Origin: a virus
DNA length: 64,000 nucleotides
Direction: 5' to 3' (one strand)
Virus record (IMG/VR): IMGVR_UViG_3300023084_000003
Shown in pieces: positions 36,147 through 46,684 of the stretch; within the stretch, counting starts at the first letter, position 1, and each line of letters opens with the position of its first letter. The notes under the pieces were generated by a model that saw only the letters and a list, made by a program, of their open reading frames with translations, searched no databases and was not told where the DNA came from. Made by a program: the position numbers and the translations under genes.

Positions 36147-37637
36147 ATGAGTGATGTGGTGAATGTTGAGGAAGGAAATGCGGTACACCTGAAGGTGACG
36201 GCCGATCCCGGCACTCGCCAAGAAATCGCTGAATACTTTTCTTTCAAGCCATCCGGCTACCAGTTCTCTCCAGCATATAAAAATAGAGTGTGGGATGGTA
36301 CCATTCGTTTGTATCAACCTATGCGCCCAGTACTTTATGTTGGTTTGTTTCCAAGACTGAAAAAGTTTTGCGAAGATCGTGGTTATGAGTTAAATGCACC
36401 AGCACATCTAATGCATGGAGAGGAGATTCCTGATGACTACGGTTATGAATTGGCTAAAGAGATTGGTTGTAAGTTTGAACCACGCGATTACCAAAACCAA
36501 TACGTTGTTGATGCAATCCGGGATTCAAGATCACTCTCCTTGTCTCCTACTAGTTCTGGCAAATCGTTAATCATCTATCTGATACAACAACACTATTGGA
36601 GAGTTTATGAGCACAGAACACTTATCATCGTCCCAACAATCTCACTGGTTCATCAGATGGCTGGAGACTTTAGGGACTATGGATGCGAAGACGACATATA
36701 CACGATTCAGGGCGGTGTAGATAAGAATACAGATGCTTCAATCGTTATCTCAACTTGGCAGTCACTCATCAAACAACCAAAGGATTGGTTCTCTCAGTTT
36801 GGTGTCGTACTTGGCGACGAAGCTCATTTGTTCCAGGCCAAAAGCCTTCAAAAAATTATGGAAGGTTTAGATCAGTGTTACTATCGACATGGCTTTACTG
36901 GTACTTTAAAATCAGAAGAAAGCAAGACACATCGGCTGGTACTAGAAGGTTGCTTTGGCGGCGTAAGAAGGCACGTGACGACTAAAGACTTGATGGATTC
37001 AGGTACTGTTGCAGACTTTAACGTTAAAGCAATCGTATTGTCACATCAACAGGATGTAAGAAAAAGCTTTAAGAAAGCGATTGGTCAGATACAGGTAGCA
37101 AGTAAAAAGTATCCTGCTGAAAGAGAATTCATTGTCAACAATCACAAGCGAAACATTTTTATTAGAAATTTGCTTTGGTCTCTCAAAGATCAGAACAATT
37201 TGGTTTTGTTTGATTTGGTTGAAAAGCATGGCAAGATCCTAGAGCCGATGCTAAAGAAAGATGATCGCCAACTCCATTTTATATATGGTGCTACAAAAGG
37301 CGACGAGAGAGAACGTATCAGACATCTCGTTGAGAATGATCCCATCAAACAACATGATATCCTTGCATCATATGGTGTTTTCTCAACGGGTGTAAATTTA
37401 AAAAAACTTGATAACGTAATCTTCGCTTCTGGTTCTAAATCTGAAATCAAAGTATTGCAATCAATTGGTCGTGCCCTTCGAAAGGGCAACGACGCCGATA
37501 AGGCGACTCTGTATGATATTGCTGACGATCTTTCGGTGGGTACTTACCAGAACTATACTCTCCAGCATTTCCGGAAACGGATTGAGATCTACGGTCAGGA
37601 ACAGTTTGCTGTCAAGATATACACAGTAGAAATCTAA
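36147..37637 (+). CDS. uvsW: SF2 DNA helicase UvsW
   Basis: PRDYQ, SPTSSGKS, GDEAH, GFTGT, QSIGRALR. Confidence 0.95.
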   Translation: MSDVVNVEEGNAVHLKVTADPGTRQEIAEYFSFKPSGYQFSPAYKNRVWDGTIRLYQPMRPVLYVGLFPRLKKFCEDRGYELNAPAHLMHGEEIPDDYGYELAKEIGCKFEPRDYQNQYVVDAIRDSRSLSLSPTSSGKSLIIYLIQQHYWRVYEHRTLIIVPTISLVHQMAGDFRDYGCEDDIYTIQGGVDKNTDASIVISTWQSLIKQPKDWFSQFGVVLGDEAHLFQAKSLQKIMEGLDQCYYRHGFTGTLKSEESKTHRLVLEGCFGGVRRHVTTKDLMDSGTVADFNVKAIVLSHQQDVRKSFKKAIGQIQVASKKYPAEREFIVNNHKRNIFIRNLLWSLKDQNNLVLFDLVEKHGKILEPMLKKDDRQLHFIYGATKGDERERIRHLVENDPIKQHDILASYGVFSTGVNLKKLDNVIFASGSKSEIKVLQSIGRALRKGNDADKATLYDIADDLSVGTYQNYTLQHFRKRIEIYGQEQFAVKIYTVEI

Positions 37638-37662
37638 TATTGGTTTGTAACTGATAAATCAG

Positions 37663-37691
37663 ATTATACCAGGCTTTGATAGTGATGTCAA
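37663..37691 (-). promoter_or_regulatory. consensus sigma70 promoter pointing antisense into uvsW
   Basis: Minus strand TTGACA-17nt-TATAAT. Confidence 0.6.
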
Positions 37692-37724
37692 CAGTTTTTT
37701 TCACAATATAGTAACTTTTTACAG

Positions 37725-37753
37725 TTGACATTTCAGTCAATATGTACTATATT
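37725..37753 (+). promoter_or_regulatory. early/middle promoter for gp55
   Basis: TTGACA-17nt-TATATT. Confidence 0.7.
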
Positions 37754-37789
37754 ATATCTAAGCAACATTAGGAGGCGCAAAGAAATGCT

Positions 37790-38296
37790 ATGGCTAAAAG
37801 AGCAACCCGCAATTACGTAAACAACAAAGATCTTCTTGAAGCACTCATCAAGTACAAAGAAGAGTGTAGAGAAGCAGAGGATGCAGGAGATCCGTTGCCA
37901 CGAGTGCCAGACTACATTGGAAAGTGTATCTATCAGATCGCTACTCGGCTTGCAACAAAACCAAACTTCTCTGGATATTCTTATAAAGAAGATATGATTT
38001 CAGATGGAATTGAGAACTGCCTACTTTATATCGGTAACTTCAATCCTGAGAAATCTCAGAATCCATTCGCTTACTTCACTCAAATTATTTGGTACGCGTT
38101 CCTGCGTCGTATTCAAAAAGAAAAGAAGCAGATGTACATTCGATTTAAGTCATCTCAGAACATGTTAGCAACAGGTGATACTTATTCTGGAGGTGAAGAG
38201 GTTAATTTGAATCTTACAACAAGTGCAGATTATATGAATACATTTATTGAAGATTTTGAAGATAAGCTGAAGAAAGATAAGGAAAAGAAAAAGTGA
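37790..38296 (+). CDS. 55: late-transcription sigma factor gp55
   Basis: NYVNNKD, KPNFSGYSYKEDMISDG, NPFAYFTQI, RRIQKEKKQ. Confidence 0.95.
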   Translation: MAKRATRNYVNNKDLLEALIKYKEECREAEDAGDPLPRVPDYIGKCIYQIATRLATKPNFSGYSYKEDMISDGIENCLLYIGNFNPEKSQNPFAYFTQIIWYAFLRRIQKEKKQMYIRFKSSQNMLATGDTYSGGEEVNLNLTTSADYMNTFIEDFEDKLKKDKEKKK

Positions 38297-39357
38297 AGAT
38301 AGCAATCGTAACAGATATGCATATCGGAGTCCGTGGTGATTCCAAAGTTTTTGCAGATCATCAAGAGAAGTTCTTCTTAGAATGTTTCTTTCCATATCTT
38401 GACGAGCATGGGATTGATACTGTATTTGATCTAGGCGATACATTCGATCGTCGTAAGTTCATCAACTATGTATCACTTAAGCGTGGTAAAGAGTTCTTCT
38501 TTGATCAGCTTGCAAAACGAAACATTGAGTATCATGCTCTGGTTGGAAATCATACGACATACTACACTAATACGAATGAAGTGAATAGTATGGATCTTCT
38601 TCTAAAAGAGTATGACAACTTTCACATCTATCAGCACGAAACAAAAGAGTTGACATTTGGATCAACTAAGTTTATAATGGTACCGTGGATTACAAAAGAC
38701 AATAATCAGCATTGCTTTGATAGCATCAAGAACTCAGATGCTCATGTCCTTGCTGGTCACCTCGAGCTTAAAGGCTTTGAGATGATGAAAGGTCAAGTTT
38801 GTACTCACGGTATGGATAAAGATCTGTTCAGTCATTACGAGCAGGTTTGGTCTGGTCACTTCCATCATCCTTCTAAGTATGGTAACATCGAGTACCTTGG
38901 TGCACCCTACGAGATGACTTGGTCAGACTATCAGGGAAAGCGTGGCTTCCATGTTTTTGATACAGAAACAAGAGAGCTTACTCGAATTGATAATCCATTC
39001 CAGATATTCCACAAAATTGAATACGATGATAGTGATATGACAATTGAAGATATTGCTCATCTTGATACCACAAACATCAAAGATGCGTATATCAAAGTGA
39101 TTGTAAAGAACAGAACAAATCCTTACATTCACGATTTGTTTATCAACAAACTTGCAGACGCTGGTGCCACTGATGTTAAATCAATCGAAGACACCTTGAA
39201 TATTGAAAGTGAGGGAATGGATGAAATCCTTGATGAAACCCAAGATACGAAGGACATACTTCATGCCTTTATCGATTCTATGGAAACAAAGGTAGATAAA
39301 GTGAGTGTAAAGAGAGTTATTGATGATTTATATATTGAGGCACAAAGTATTGCATGA
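38293..39357 (+). CDS. 47: recombination endonuclease subunit gp47 (Mre11/SbcD-like)
   Basis: TDMHIG, LGDTFDRRK, VGNH, SGHFH. Confidence 0.95.
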   Translation: MKIAIVTDMHIGVRGDSKVFADHQEKFFLECFFPYLDEHGIDTVFDLGDTFDRRKFINYVSLKRGKEFFFDQLAKRNIEYHALVGNHTTYYTNTNEVNSMDLLLKEYDNFHIYQHETKELTFGSTKFIMVPWITKDNNQHCFDSIKNSDAHVLAGHLELKGFEMMKGQVCTHGMDKDLFSHYEQVWSGHFHHPSKYGNIEYLGAPYEMTWSDYQGKRGFHVFDTETRELTRIDNPFQIFHKIEYDDSDMTIEDIAHLDTTNIKDAYIKVIVKNRTNPYIHDLFINKLADAGATDVKSIEDTLNIESEGMDEILDETQDTKDILHAFIDSMETKVDKVSVKRVIDDLYIEAQSIA

Positions 39358-41066
39358 AGATATTATTTAAGGAATTGCGTTATAAGAATATTCTATCTAC
39401 GGGAAATTCTTTTACAACAATTCATTTAAACAAACAGACAAACACTCTAGTGAGTGGTACGAATGGCGCAGGCAAGTCTACAATGCTTGACGCCATTGTA
39501 TTTTCTTTATATGGTAAACCTTTCCGTAAGATTAATAAGCCACAGCTTATCAACTCTATCAATCAAAAAGAATTACTTGTTGAGATTGATTTTGTAATTG
39601 GCCAAGCTCAGTATATGGTACGCCGCGGTATCAGACCAAACTTGTTTGAAATCTTTAAGAATGGTGAGCTTATCAATCAAGATGCGGCAGCTCGTGACTA
39701 TCAAACATATCTTGAGAAAAACATTTTAAGATTAAATTATAAGTCATTTACTCAGATCGTTGTACTTGGTAGCGCTACATATGTACCATTTATGGAATTG
39801 CCAGCACATGGCAGACGAGAAGTTATTGAAGATCTTCTTGATATTCAAGTCTTTAGTACAATGAATACTCTTCTCAAAGAACGTTTGATCGAGAACAAAG
39901 AACAGATCTCTGAAAACAACTATCAAAAAGATTTGACAAAATCTAAGATTGAATCTGCTGAAGCTCATAATGCTTCTATTCGCCAGATTCGCCAAGATGA
40001 AGTTGACAAAATCAAGGAAAAAATGAATGAGCACATATCTAAGATTGAGGCAGAGAAAGCAGAAATTGAAAGCACTCAAGAAGCTATTGAAGAACTCATC
40101 AAAACAATCTCAGATAAATCAGACGTCAAGTCAAAAATCGACAAAGCTCGAAACCTAAATCAAGAACTTAATTCTAATCTTCGTAATTATATGAAAGAGC
40201 TTGCTTTCTATCATGATAACGATAGTTGTCCTACATGTAAACAAGGTATTGCTCATGAATTCAAACAAGAACAAATTATTACCAAAGATCAAAAAGTAGC
40301 AGAGCTTGAGAAAGGTATCGAAGAGTTAGCAGCAAAGGTTACTACATATGAAAACCGCATCAATGAAATATCTTCGATTGAGGATAAAACTGCATCTCTT
40401 AACGTGCAAATTAGTGAGCATCGAGCAACGATTAAAATCTCAAAAAATGCACTTGTATCTTATAAAAAAGAGCTTGACAAAGCTGAAGAAGAAGTCGAAG
40501 CGGTAGATCAAACTCAACTCAATCTTTTACGAGAAACAATGCAGTCTATCGAGACTCAACAAACCGATCTCTTTAATCATAAAGAAGTCTTGTCTGTGGT
40601 GTCAACTATGCTTAAAGATGGAGGCATCAAATCAAAAATCATTCGTCAGTATATCCCAGTGATGAACAAACTCATCAATAAATACTTGAGTGCTTTTGAT
40701 TTGTTCGTTGACTTTCAACTTGACGAGAACTTCAATGAGGTGATTAAGTCTCGTTTCAGAGATGCTTTCTCATACTCTTCATTCTCAGAAGGCGAGAAGC
40801 TTCGCATCACTCTATCAATTATGCTATCATGGAGAACCGTAGCAAAGCTTCGTAACTCAGTATCAACAAACTTATTGGTACTTGACGAAACTCTTGATGG
40901 CGCAATGGATGGTGTAGGTGTTGAAAACTTGATTGAAACTCTACAAAATCTAAATGCAGAAGATAACATCTTCGTTATTAGCCACCGTGGCGACCAGTTT
41001 GGTGACAAGTTTGAAGGCCATATTAAATTTCAAAAGGTTAAAAACTTCAGTGAAATAGCGGCCTAG
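39354..41066 (+). CDS. 46: recombination ATPase gp46 (Rad50/SbcC-like)
   Basis: GTNGAGKS, zinc hook CPTC, FSEGE, LDETLD, ISH. Confidence 0.95.
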   Translation: MKILFKELRYKNILSTGNSFTTIHLNKQTNTLVSGTNGAGKSTMLDAIVFSLYGKPFRKINKPQLINSINQKELLVEIDFVIGQAQYMVRRGIRPNLFEIFKNGELINQDAAARDYQTYLEKNILRLNYKSFTQIVVLGSATYVPFMELPAHGRREVIEDLLDIQVFSTMNTLLKERLIENKEQISENNYQKDLTKSKIESAEAHNASIRQIRQDEVDKIKEKMNEHISKIEAEKAEIESTQEAIEELIKTISDKSDVKSKIDKARNLNQELNSNLRNYMKELAFYHDNDSCPTCKQGIAHEFKQEQIITKDQKVAELEKGIEELAAKVTTYENRINEISSIEDKTASLNVQISEHRATIKISKNALVSYKKELDKAEEEVEAVDQTQLNLLRETMQSIETQQTDLFNHKEVLSVVSTMLKDGGIKSKIIRQYIPVMNKLINKYLSAFDLFVDFQLDENFNEVIKSRFRDAFSYSSFSEGEKLRITLSIMLSWRTVAKLRNSVSTNLLVLDETLDGAMDGVGVENLIETLQNLNAEDNIFVISHRGDQFGDKFEGHIKFQKVKNFSEIAA

Positions 41067-41077
41067 AAAGGATTACA

Positions 41078-41305
41078 ATGCAACACTCTATAGAAGATCT
41101 TATTAAAAGAATAAACGCTATGAAAGATAAAGCGATTCAAGTTCATCGACTTCGAAACGAATTTGCTGAAATTTCTGGTAAAGAATATGATAAGGAATCC
41201 TGTAAGAGGTTGATTGAAGATATTCAAACACTGGCCTTGGGTATTGCTATGGACCGAGAAGGTGATGACATAATTACAGAGATGGATTCTTGGAAAGAAA
41301 AATGA
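41078..41305 (+). CDS. hypothetical protein
   Basis: 75 aa; AAGGA RBS. Confidence 0.7.
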   Translation: MQHSIEDLIKRINAMKDKAIQVHRLRNEFAEISGKEYDKESCKRLIEDIQTLALGIAMDREGDDIITEMDSWKEK

Positions 41306-41997
41306 AGCTTCTTGATCCTAAAAGATACATTACAACTCACTTACATGACAGAGATACTTATGCTACTATGGTGCACGAGTTTTTCAATCTCGACACGTAC
41401 GGTTGGTGGTATCAAGTAAAGCCAGGTGATATTGTAATGGATATTGGTTCTTGCATTGGAATGTTTACTTGTAAAGCACTCGAACAGGGTGCTAAACATG
41501 TTTATTCAGTAGAACCAAACATTAAACTTCTTCACACTACTATGGTCAATGCTATGCCTGCTATCTCAAGATCGGCAGAGCAAAGAGTAACTCCTATTAA
41601 TGCCTTCATCGGCCACTCAGATCACGGGTTTGGTGTTAAAGGAGATGAAGCACCACATAAATCATTTAAAGAGATTATAGAAGAATACGAAATAGATCAT
41701 CTTGATTTCTTAAAAGTCGATTGTGAAGGTGGTGAGTATGATATCTTTATGAAAGAAAACTATGACTTCTTATTCAATAAGGTACATCATATTGCTATGG
41801 AAGTACATCTTGACGTATATCCCGAAGCGCCCGAACGATTTATCAAGATGAGAGATAAATTTATACGAAGATGGCCAGGCCATATTCGGTTTTTAAAGTT
41901 AGAACATAGAAAGAAAACATGGGACGACAACTACATAAGAGGAGACTGGCCAATAGGCTGGGGAAGCTCTTGGATGATCTATCTAACACGCATTTAA
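41290..41997 (+). CDS. FkbM-family methyltransferase
   Basis: MDIGSCIGMF, SVEP, FLKVDCEGGE. Confidence 0.85.
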   Translation: MERKMKLLDPKRYITTHLHDRDTYATMVHEFFNLDTYGWWYQVKPGDIVMDIGSCIGMFTCKALEQGAKHVYSVEPNIKLLHTTMVNAMPAISRSAEQRVTPINAFIGHSDHGFGVKGDEAPHKSFKEIIEEYEIDHLDFLKVDCEGGEYDIFMKENYDFLFNKVHHIAMEVHLDVYPEAPERFIKMRDKFIRRWPGHIRFLKLEHRKKTWDDNYIRGDWPIGWGSSWMIYLTRI

Positions 41998-42051
41998 TGG
42001 TTTACAAAATGAACATTATGTGTTATAATGTAAAATATATGATACAAACAG

Positions 42052-44589
42052 GTGAACATGTCTAAATTCTATACATCAGTCGAACGCTTTATCAACGACA
42101 TTCTAGTTCGTGGTTATGAAAACGGCAGACCATTCCAACGCAAAGTCAAATTCAAGCCAACATTATATGTTCGTGCTCGTGATAACGCCACTCACAAATC
42201 ATTGATTGGTGATGTGCCTCTCGGTGCTACTCGTTTCAATAGCATGATCGAAGCTCGTGATTTCATTACTCAATACAAAGATGTACATGGTTTCGATATC
42301 TGTGGCACTATGAATTACGTCACTCAATTTATTCAAGAAGAATATCCTGGCGAGATCAATTTTGACATGTCTAAGATCAACATCTGTTCTTTTGACATCG
42401 AGGTTGATATCTCGAATGGATATGCAGACATCAATACCGCTGACAAAGAAATCACTTCGATTGCATACAAATCTTCTAAGTCTAGTACATATCATCTTCT
42501 CGGTCGTAAAGATTTCGATAAGACAAAAACAATTACAGGTATCAATCCAGACGATATATCGTTTATGAAGTTTGATACCGAGGTGGCACTGCTTGAAAGA
42601 TTTATTCAGATCTGGCAGATGGAATATCCCGAAGTTGTTACAGGTTGGAACGTCGAGTACTTCGACATCCAATATATTGTCACTCGAATCATTCGACTTA
42701 TGGGTGAAGAAAAGGCTAAGAAGCTTTCGCCTTGGGGTCGTATCTCACCACACTCAATCACCAAATTTGGTAAAGAACAGAAATCATATATCATATCTGG
42801 CCTGACCATCATTGACTATATGGATGCTTTCAAGAAGTTTGGTTACAAGTACGGTCCACAGGAATCTTATAAACTCGATCATATCGCCCATGTAGTACTC
42901 GGCGAGAAGAAATTGGACTACTCTGAATATGGAAATCTTAACGCACTTTATGAACAAAATCCTCAGTTATATCTTGATTATAACCTTAAGGATACTCAGC
43001 TCATTCAAAGAATGGAAGACGAATCTGGACTTCTTTCGCTTGTACTTACTGTTGCTTATGGCGGTGGGGTTAACTTCAGCGATGCATTTGGTACAGTAGG
43101 AATTTGGGAAACAACAATATATCGCCGTTTGATGAAAGACAAAATTGTTCCACATCTTAAAGGTGGACCCGGCGAGCGAGCTGGTGAACTTGTCGGTGGT
43201 TATGTTAAAGATCCAAAAGTCGGCATGCATCCTTGGGTTGTATCGTTTGATTTGAACTCTCTGTATCCACACCTGATGCTACAATATAATCTATCTCCTG
43301 AAACTTATGTCGAAGGCGAACGTGAATATGTATCTCAAGAAATGGTACTCGACGGCTCATATCAAAACAAAACTGATTATGCAGTATGCGCAAACGGTGC
43401 ATGTTTCCGTAAAGACAAACTCGGCATCATTCCTGAGATCATTGATGAATATTATAATCGTCGTTCTGGTATCAAGAAAGAAATGCTTGCAGTAGAACAA
43501 GCTATTGAGAATGAAACCGATCCTGCTAAGAAACGGCAACTTCAATCTCAACAAACACAGCTTCATAACAACCAGATGGCTATAAAAATTGCTATGAACT
43601 CTCTTTATGGCGCAACTGCTAATATCTACTTCCTCTACTATATTAACGATATGGCTGAAGCTATTACGACATCCGGTCAGCTTTCAATTCGTTATGCTCA
43701 AAAGTCCGTGAACGAGTATCTTAACAAGATTCTCAAGACTGACGGTAAAGACTATATCATCTATATCGATACAGACAGTATCTATGTTGATTTTGGTCCT
43801 CTTGTTAAAGCTTCATTTGGTACTGTTGACATCGATCGTAAGAAAGGTGAAGAATTCCTCGATAAGATCTGTAAGATGAAGATCGAGGAAGTAATCGAAA
43901 ATGGTTATAAAGATCTTGCTTCGAAAATGGGTGCATATCGTCAAGCTATGGTAATGAAACGTGAAAAGATTACTGATAAGTCAGTATTCATTGCTAAGAA
44001 GCGTTACATCATGAATACTCTCAACTCAGAAGGTGTTCATTATGAAGTTCCAAAGATCTCTGTAACCGGCCTTGAATCTGTAAGATCATCGACACCGGAA
44101 GTCTGCCGTGATAAACTCAAAGAATCGTTCAAGGTTATCATGAATGAAGGCGAAGAAGCAATCCAGCAATTCATTGCTCAATTCAAATCTGAGTTCTTTA
44201 ATCTTCCACCAGAAGATGTTGGTCGTAACTCAGGTACTGATAACATCGAGAAGTATACAGTTCGTGGTACTTACAAGAAAGGTTGCCCAATGCATGTTCG
44301 TGGTTGCATCCTCTACAATAAGTATCTCAAAGAAAATGGCCTGTCGAATCGTTATGAATCGATTACGTCAGGTGATAAGATTAAATTTGTATATCTCAAA
44401 GTACCGAATCCAATCAAAGAAAATATCATATCGTTCCCAGCGGTTCTACCTAATGAATTCAATCTCAAACCGTATGTGGATTATGAAACTCAATTCAATA
44501 AAGTCTTCCTCAGTCCTCTTGAGTCTATTCTTGAAGCTCTCGGATGGTCTGCTGAGAAGACAAACACAATAGAGGATTTTTTCGCATGA
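42052..44589 (+). CDS. 43: family B DNA polymerase gp43
   Basis: FDIEV exonuclease motif; SFDLNSLYP; KIAMNSLYG; YIDTDS; KKRY; promoter TTTACA-17-TATAAT upstream. Confidence 0.97.
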   Translation: MNMSKFYTSVERFINDILVRGYENGRPFQRKVKFKPTLYVRARDNATHKSLIGDVPLGATRFNSMIEARDFITQYKDVHGFDICGTMNYVTQFIQEEYPGEINFDMSKINICSFDIEVDISNGYADINTADKEITSIAYKSSKSSTYHLLGRKDFDKTKTITGINPDDISFMKFDTEVALLERFIQIWQMEYPEVVTGWNVEYFDIQYIVTRIIRLMGEEKAKKLSPWGRISPHSITKFGKEQKSYIISGLTIIDYMDAFKKFGYKYGPQESYKLDHIAHVVLGEKKLDYSEYGNLNALYEQNPQLYLDYNLKDTQLIQRMEDESGLLSLVLTVAYGGGVNFSDAFGTVGIWETTIYRRLMKDKIVPHLKGGPGERAGELVGGYVKDPKVGMHPWVVSFDLNSLYPHLMLQYNLSPETYVEGEREYVSQEMVLDGSYQNKTDYAVCANGACFRKDKLGIIPEIIDEYYNRRSGIKKEMLAVEQAIENETDPAKKRQLQSQQTQLHNNQMAIKIAMNSLYGATANIYFLYYINDMAEAITTSGQLSIRYAQKSVNEYLNKILKTDGKDYIIYIDTDSIYVDFGPLVKASFGTVDIDRKKGEEFLDKICKMKIEEVIENGYKDLASKMGAYRQAMVMKREKITDKSVFIAKKRYIMNTLNSEGVHYEVPKISVTGLESVRSSTPEVCRDKLKESFKVIMNEGEEAIQQFIAQFKSEFFNLPPEDVGRNSGTDNIEKYTVRGTYKKGCPMHVRGCILYNKYLKENGLSNRYESITSGDKIKFVYLKVPNPIKENIISFPAVLPNEFNLKPYVDYETQFNKVFLSPLESILEALGWSAEKTNTIEDFFA

Positions 44590-44768
44590 CTCAAAAAAGA
44601 CTTGCCCAACTTGAAGCCGCATGGCGTTATCAAAACACAGTTGTAGAAGCCTTGGAAGCTGAACGAGCACCTGACAAATACGTTACTAAAGCTAAAAAAG
44701 AACGTCTGCGTATTAAAGATATGATCGCACACTTAAAGGGAAATATAGAAAATGATGATAGCAAATAG
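44586..44768 (+). CDS. DUF465/YdcH-like small coiled-coil protein
   Basis: L...H/Y-x-x-L...KKERLRIKD-x-I pattern. Confidence 0.55.
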   Translation: MTQKRLAQLEAAWRYQNTVVEALEAERAPDKYVTKAKKERLRIKDMIAHLKGNIENDDSK

Positions 44769-45009
44769 GGAAAAACTTGAAGTACTTACCATTACAATGG
44801 AAGAGTGTGCAGAAGTAATTAAAGAATGCGCTAAAATACAGCGATATGGCATACAAGGGAATAAAGAAAAACTTGAAACAGAAATTGGAGATCTAGGATG
44901 TATGTTTGACATTCTAGCAGAATATGATATAATCGACTTGGGTAAAGTTAAAGAAGCCGCTAAGAATAAACGTGAAAAACTTAAAAAATGGAGTGATTTA
45001 GATGTCTGA
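44752..45009 (+). CDS. MazG-like nucleotide pyrophosphohydrolase
   Basis: TMEECAEVI...LETEIGDL. Confidence 0.7.
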   Translation: MMIANREKLEVLTITMEECAEVIKECAKIQRYGIQGNKEKLETEIGDLGCMFDILAEYDIIDLGKVKEAAKNKREKLKKWSDLDV

Positions 45010-45448
45010 TTGGGCAAATGATATTTACATGATGCATAACAAATTTGGTGTGCGTGATTGGTTTGAAGCAAATAAAGATAACAAGGAACTAATGCGTAAG
45101 TATCTTATGTTCCGTGCTCTAATGTGTCAGGAGGAATTGAGTGAAACATTGGCTGCAATCAATAATGGAGATGCTGAAGAAATCGTTGACGGTCTTATTG
45201 ATCTTTGTGTTTTTGCTATTGGCACTCTCGACGTATTTGGTGTTGATGCTAATGACGCTTGGGATCGTGTTTATAGTGCTAACATGGCAAAAAGTCCTGG
45301 AATTAAGCCGGGCCGCCCTAACCCGTTTGGGCTTCCAGATCTTTTAAAGCCAAGTGGATGGACACCACCAACTCATGATGGTAATCACGGCGAGTTTGAA
45401 AAAGCTCTAGATGTTTTACCTCAGCCAAAACCCGAAGGTGGCTGGTAA
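45002..45448 (+). CDS. MazG/PRA-PH-like NTP pyrophosphohydrolase
   Basis: QEELSE...EEIVDGLIDL...V-x-x-ANM-x-K...LLKPSGW-x-PP. Confidence 0.8.
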   Translation: MSDWANDIYMMHNKFGVRDWFEANKDNKELMRKYLMFRALMCQEELSETLAAINNGDAEEIVDGLIDLCVFAIGTLDVFGVDANDAWDRVYSANMAKSPGIKPGRPNPFGLPDLLKPSGWTPPTHDGNHGEFEKALDVLPQPKPEGGW

Positions 45449-45559
45449 CAAAATGTTTCATGTTACCGTTATCATTTTTTGTTAGCGGTAACATTTATCA
45501 ACCTTCTGTATAAATACGGTTATATTGTTATGCTGTACTTGCAAAAAGGAGGTCCCACC

Positions 45560-45802
45560 ATGTGCAGTTCATTTGTACGTAAAGAAGCCAACCGAATGAA
45601 TTGGATCGTTAAAGGTAAACTTATAGATCCATCCTGGTCCGACAGAGACGTCGAAGCTACCTATAATTCATACATGAAGCGATTATGGGGAAACAACGAA
45701 AACTATGTTCATGAAATTGGATTTGAACAAGCCTGGAAGGCTAGAGAAGCAGAACAATTATCAAAAGAGTTAGAATCAGTCGCTGTCCTAGGATACGATT
45801 GA
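45560..45802 (+). CDS. hypothetical late protein
   Basis: AGGAGGT RBS before ATG 45560; TATAAATA at 45509-45516 (track ORF starts at 45479). Confidence 0.7.
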   Translation: MCSSFVRKEANRMNWIVKGKLIDPSWSDRDVEATYNSYMKRLWGNNENYVHEIGFEQAWKAREAEQLSKELESVAVLGYD

Positions 45803-45822
45803 TTTTTTTTTCAACTTTTTTA

Positions 45823-45837
45823 TAAGCCATTGATTTC
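45823..45837. repeat. 15-bp motif TAAGCCATTGATTTC, copy 3
   Basis: Reverse complement of 858-872. Confidence 0.85.
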
Positions 45838-45873
45838 ATTACAAACGTTTTTTCATTTTATTTGAAAAAGGGG

Positions 45874-45902
45874 TTGACATTGCCCTGCAAAAGTACTATA
45901 TT
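45874..45902 (+). promoter_or_regulatory. early promoter
   Basis: GGGG-TTGACA-17nt(...AAAGTAC)-TATATT. Confidence 0.8.
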
Positions 45903-45933
45903 ATTAATATAAGGAAAAACAAAGGAAATCAAA

Positions 45934-46203
45934 ATGCTACTACCAAACGGTTCAATGATCAAAAACGACGTAATCGAATGCTTTAACGCGGCGGTTGCAG
46001 ACGAATTCAATACACGTCCTGGTGTTGGTACAACTGACTTCTGGAACTTTGTTGAGTCTGACATGTATCAAGGTCTTCGTATGTTCTACAACTCAGAATA
46101 CATCGACGAGTGCTTCGAAGTATTGGCTGACGAATTCGAAGGTAATCTAAACCTTGAGCGTATCGAAATCTTGAAAAAAGATTTTCTAGGTATGGAGGCG
46201 TAA
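45934..46203 (+). CDS. hypothetical early protein
   Basis: AAGGA RBS; first gene after the promoter. Confidence 0.75.
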   Translation: MLLPNGSMIKNDVIECFNAAVADEFNTRPGVGTTDFWNFVESDMYQGLRMFYNSEYIDECFEVLADEFEGNLNLERIEILKKDFLGMEA

Positions 46204-46205
46204 TT

Positions 46206-46346
46206 ATGGAAAAGCTACTTACAGCTGAAGAATACGCCACATACGAAGATTACTGCAAGCCTCGGCGTGAACTTGGCTTGGGCGTCATTCCCCTCTCTCT
46301 TTTCAAAGCTTTAAAAGCAAATCCAATTCCAGCATCGGAGAAGTAA
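46206..46346 (+). CDS. 46-aa hypothetical protein
   Basis: GGAGG RBS; manual translation MEKLLTAEEYATYEDYCK... Confidence 0.6.
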   Translation: MEKLLTAEEYATYEDYCKPRRELGLGVIPLSLFKALKANPIPASEK

Positions 46347-46347
46347 T

Positions 46348-46554
46348 ATGAAATATGATGAAAGACATGGTGGTCCATTCGATCGTGGTTCTGCAGACAG
46401 CTACTATGGCCGTGGATTAAATCCTCACTATTATAAAGGTGCAACATACAGTTCTGAACGTGTTGAACGCGATCAAATGACTGCTGAAGAAATAGAAGCA
46501 TATTATGCTGGTTATGATGAGAACGAAGAATCCGGTAATAAAAAAGAGTGGTAG
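46348..46554 (+). CDS. hypothetical protein
   Basis: RHGGPFDRGSADSYYGR; GGAG RBS. Confidence 0.75.
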   Translation: MKYDERHGGPFDRGSADSYYGRGLNPHYYKGATYSSERVERDQMTAEEIEAYYAGYDENEESGNKKEW

Positions 46555-46655
46555 AATTTACGTAATCAATGGGCGTAAATTTGACTGTGTTTTAGATGCA
46601 ATTGAGTATCGGGATCATCTCGATGCTCATTATATACGTGTAGAATGGCACGAAT

Positions 46656-46684
46656 ATGTTACAAAAGTGTCATAAAACTTTTAC
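46656..46684 (+). promoter_or_regulatory. Pho box, three half-sites at 11-bp period
   Basis: ATGTTAC-AAAA-GTGTCAT-AAAA-CTTTTAC versus PhoB consensus CTGTCAT-A(A/T)A(A/T)-CTGT(C/A)A(C/T). Confidence 0.65.

Noticed and set aside
33458-44732. Many 60-160 aa track ORFs antisense to or overlapping core genes (e.g. 33899..34315, 37190..37489, 42199..42672, 44144..44572)
   Set aside because: Shadow frames of strongly supported genes, with no RBS or recognisable motifs.
46556-46676. Open frame (YVINGRKFDCVLDAIEYRDHLDAH...) overlapping the Pho box
   Set aside because: No ATG/GTG start with an RBS found in frame; possibly a decayed gene.
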